Source: an uncultured Planctomycetota bacterium
GTDB lineage: Bacteria > Planctomycetota > Planctomycetia > Isosphaerales > Isosphaeraceae
Length of the DNA: 64,000 bases
Direction of reading: 5' to 3'
NCBI GenBank assembly: GCA_963823665.1
Contig: CAWGMQ010000003.1
Span: 1,760,001 to 1,824,000 of the forward strand
The notes below the pieces were generated by a model. It was not told the DNA's origin. It was given only the letters and a program-made list of their open reading frames with translations, and made no database searches. A program made the position numbers and the translations under genes. Of this stretch, positions 61,310 through 64,000 are shown one piece after another; the first letter of the stretch is position 1, and every line of letters begins with the position of its first letter.

Positions 61310-64000
61310 TGGATCGTGCCTCGGGCCTCGGCGGAGAGTAGATCGAGCTCTGCCTTCACTTGCCAGGGAACAGGCCGGCCGGCGAGCGCGGCGAGCGCCT
61401 TCAGGGCCTTCGCGAGCCGGGCTTCGGCCTCGGAGATTTGTCCGGTGCGGGCGTGCGCGATGACGAGCAGAAGATCGGTGAGCGGGTCGGAGTCGTCTCC
61501 GGCGGCCGTAGTCGCCAGCTTGGCCTGGGCCTCGGCGAGCCGCCCGGCGCGGAGCAGGATGGCGGCATGCGTCCGGCGAGCTCCGTGGCGAAGCTCGCGA
61601 AACTCGGCGGAGGTGTCAATCTCCTTGTCCAGCGCGGCGCTGGCATTCGAAGCGAGCTCGATCGGCCGGGCGTAGTCGTCGACGGCGTCCGGGGCCAGGC
61701 AGATCGTCCAGACCGCTTCGATCGCGATGTCCGCGCGCACCGGCCCGGTGGCGATCGGGGTCAGAAGCGCGGCGCAGGCCCGGCGATAGCCGGCGCGGTT
61801 GCCGATTATCAGGCAGTTGATGGCACGCTCGACGAGATAAGCGGGCTCAGCCCCGAGGCTCGTCGCGCGGTCGTGCTCGGCCGCCGCGTCGCCGGGCCTC
61901 CCCAGGCCTTCAAAGGCTTCGGCTCGGTGGGCGTGGACGCGCCAGTCATCCGGCCGGGCCGCGGCGACCTTGTCGAGGTACCACGCGGCGACGTCGAACC
62001 GGCTCACGGTGGATCGGCCGACGGAGCTGGCCAGATGTTCGACAGCCTCGGACCAGTACCAGGAGGTCAACTCATCGGGCGTGGCGAGCCGCGCGGCGCG
62101 GGCGTACTCCCGGTCGGCCAGGGCGAACTGGCCGGCATTGGCGAAGCTAGCGGCTCGTCGTGCGGTTGGCAGCCAGTCAGCGGGATGGAGGGCGGCGAGC
62201 TGGTCGAGGTGGTGGCGATAGGCGATCGTGTCGCCGAGCCGCCTGGAGTCCTCGGCGCGGTCCCGATGCCAGCGCGCGAGGGCCTCCCGGCCATCGGGAT
62301 TCGGGACTGCCTCCGGCCAGAGCCGTTCGAGTCGATCGCGGCCGTTGCGCCATGCCTCGATCGTCAGGTCGACGACCTCGTCTCCGCCGGCCGATCGCAG
62401 GCCCGAGACCGTTTCGATCTAGAGTCGGAGCCGCTCCGGATCATCGACGGCGACCGGGCGAGGCACCGGCCAGGACGTGGCCCGTCCGTCGATTGTCACT
62501 GCGTTCAGACTGGTGCCGTCAGGGCTGAAGAAGAGGCCGATAGCCGGCAGCCCGAGGACCAGGGCCGGGCCGATCGCGCGACTGCATCGGGCGTCCCAGA
62601 GCCGGACCGTGCCGTCAGGGCAGGCGGAGGCCAGCGTGGCGCCATCCGGGCTGTAGGCCAGCCAGCCGATCGTGTCGCGATGATCCATCGGCGGGCCGAT
62701 CGGCCGGCCGGTCCGGACGTCATACTGGCGCGCCTGGCTCGAGGAGGGGCTCTCAACGATTTCGGCGCAGTCGGGCCGGAACGCGATGGCCAGCGAGAGC
62801 GGCGAAGCCTCGGGACGATCGCCGGAGGGGTCCTCCGCGTCCTGCCCTGGCAACGCCACCGCCCTGGCGACCGTCCCGCCGTCTATGGGGTTGATCCGGG
62901 TGACGCGACGGCTCGCCGTATCGACGACGACCAGCTCATCGCCCGCGGGTGTAAACTGGAACGCGGGCAGCCTTCCAGTGCTCACGAGGGGCCCGGCCGT
63001 TTGGAACGTGGCGAGGTCCCAGAGCTGGACGCCTGGGGGTGAGGGCCAGCCCGAGCGGGCACCGGCGGCCAGCCGACGGCCGTCGGGGCTGAACTCCAGC
63101 CTGGCGATCGGGCCCCGTTGGGTGATGAACATGGGCCGCCGCCGTGCGGCGATGTCGAGCAGCGAGATGCCGTGCATGGCTCCCACGGCGAGGGTCTGGC
63201 CGTCGGGGCTGAAGGCGAGGCTGTGAATGAACCGGGAAACCGGAGTCCACGGCAGGACCGGCCGCCCGGACTGGCGGTCCCAGGCGGCGACGAGCATCGA
63301 TTGGTAGCTGCCATCCTTGACTGTTTGTGTTCGACAGGCGGCGACCAGCCGGCCATCGGGGCTGTAGCACGGGTGGCAATTCAGCGGGTAGAACGGGTCG
63401 CCGAGCGGGCGTCCGTTGGATGTCGCGAATCGATGGCCGCCGCGTCGATCTTTTTGCCAGCCGCTCACCTGAATGAGATCCCTGAGCACGTCCCGCCCCA
63501 TGAAGGAGCCGTCCGCCCGCGCCTCGCCGACCATGTACTCATCGCCTGTGGGTGCCACGGCCATTGCGGGGTAGAACGGCCCCAGCGCCTCGGTGACGCT
63601 CGGATGGGCGGGCCGGGCGCGCCGGGTACCTGCCAGACGGCGAGCGCGTCTCCGCGGCGGGCGAGCAAGAACGAGCCTTGCGGGGAGATGCTGGCGCGGC
63701 TGCTCCTCAAGACCGGCGTCGGGCCGCATTCCTGGCCGCTGGCCAGGTCGTAGTAGCGGACCCGGTTGTCATCGCAACGGACGGCCATGCTCCGGCCGTC
63801 TCCGGCGAGTGTCGCCGCGGTCCTCGCGCGGCGCGGGCGCCAGTCGGGCCGCGCCGGCCGGCCCGTCGTCACGTCCCACCACCGCACGAGGCCATACTCG
63901 AGGACAAAGACCAGGCAAGTTCCATCGAACGCGCAGTCGGAATACCTGTCTTCAATGTTCCCGGAACGCGCGATGATCGGGCCGGCCTCCGGCTCGATGC
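61306..64000 (-). CDS. WD40-repeat plus TPR protein, C-terminal part (frameshifted; runs off right edge)
   Basis: LAFSPDGQTLA, LAYSPDGATLASACPDGTVRLWD repeats followed by a helical TPR-like region (GYRRACAALL, CLAPDAVDD), a layout typical of planctomycete kinase C-termini. Confidence 0.8.

Noticed and set aside
61360..63042. Long antisense ORFs (also 33648-35084, 23682-25004 and many others)
   Set aside because: These are shadow frames of well-supported opposite-strand genes in GC-rich DNA, with no recognisable motifs.
1..64000. CRISPR array, rRNA or intact tRNA genes
   Set aside because: No regularly spaced repeat-spacer array or complete RNA gene was seen. The periodic sequence at 54300-55700 and 58860-59700 is coding (beta-helix and LRR repeats).

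Overview
GC-rich bacterial window, most likely a planctomycete (Isosphaeraceae-like). The evidence is four DUF1559 prepilin-like genes, TIGR02999-type ECF sigma/Ser-Thr kinase modules, and an 'LEDRxLL' planctomycete export motif. Core-type genes (nuoL, nuoM, dnaE, glgP, ferredoxin) alternate with accessory blocks: a decayed junction at 0.5-2 kb (RAYT fragment, tRNA-Leu-like remnant, gene scraps), a P450 plus glycosyltransferase pair, and an arsenic island (arsR-arsM-acr3 plus three more ArsR-type HTH genes) between two Uma2 copies. A 47.4-59.9 kb ECF/kinase array carries repeated promoter motifs and duplicated gene 3' ends. The most notable candidate is a ClpC N-domain/AAA1/UVR protein whose second ATPase is replaced by a nucleoside-deoxyribosyltransferase-like (N-glycosidase) domain, possibly a chaperone-decoy conflict effector. 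Many genes, including glgP, carry single-base frameshifts, probably long-read indel errors, so frameshifted genes are reported as joined. All family calls come from motif recognition by eye; no database searches were run.
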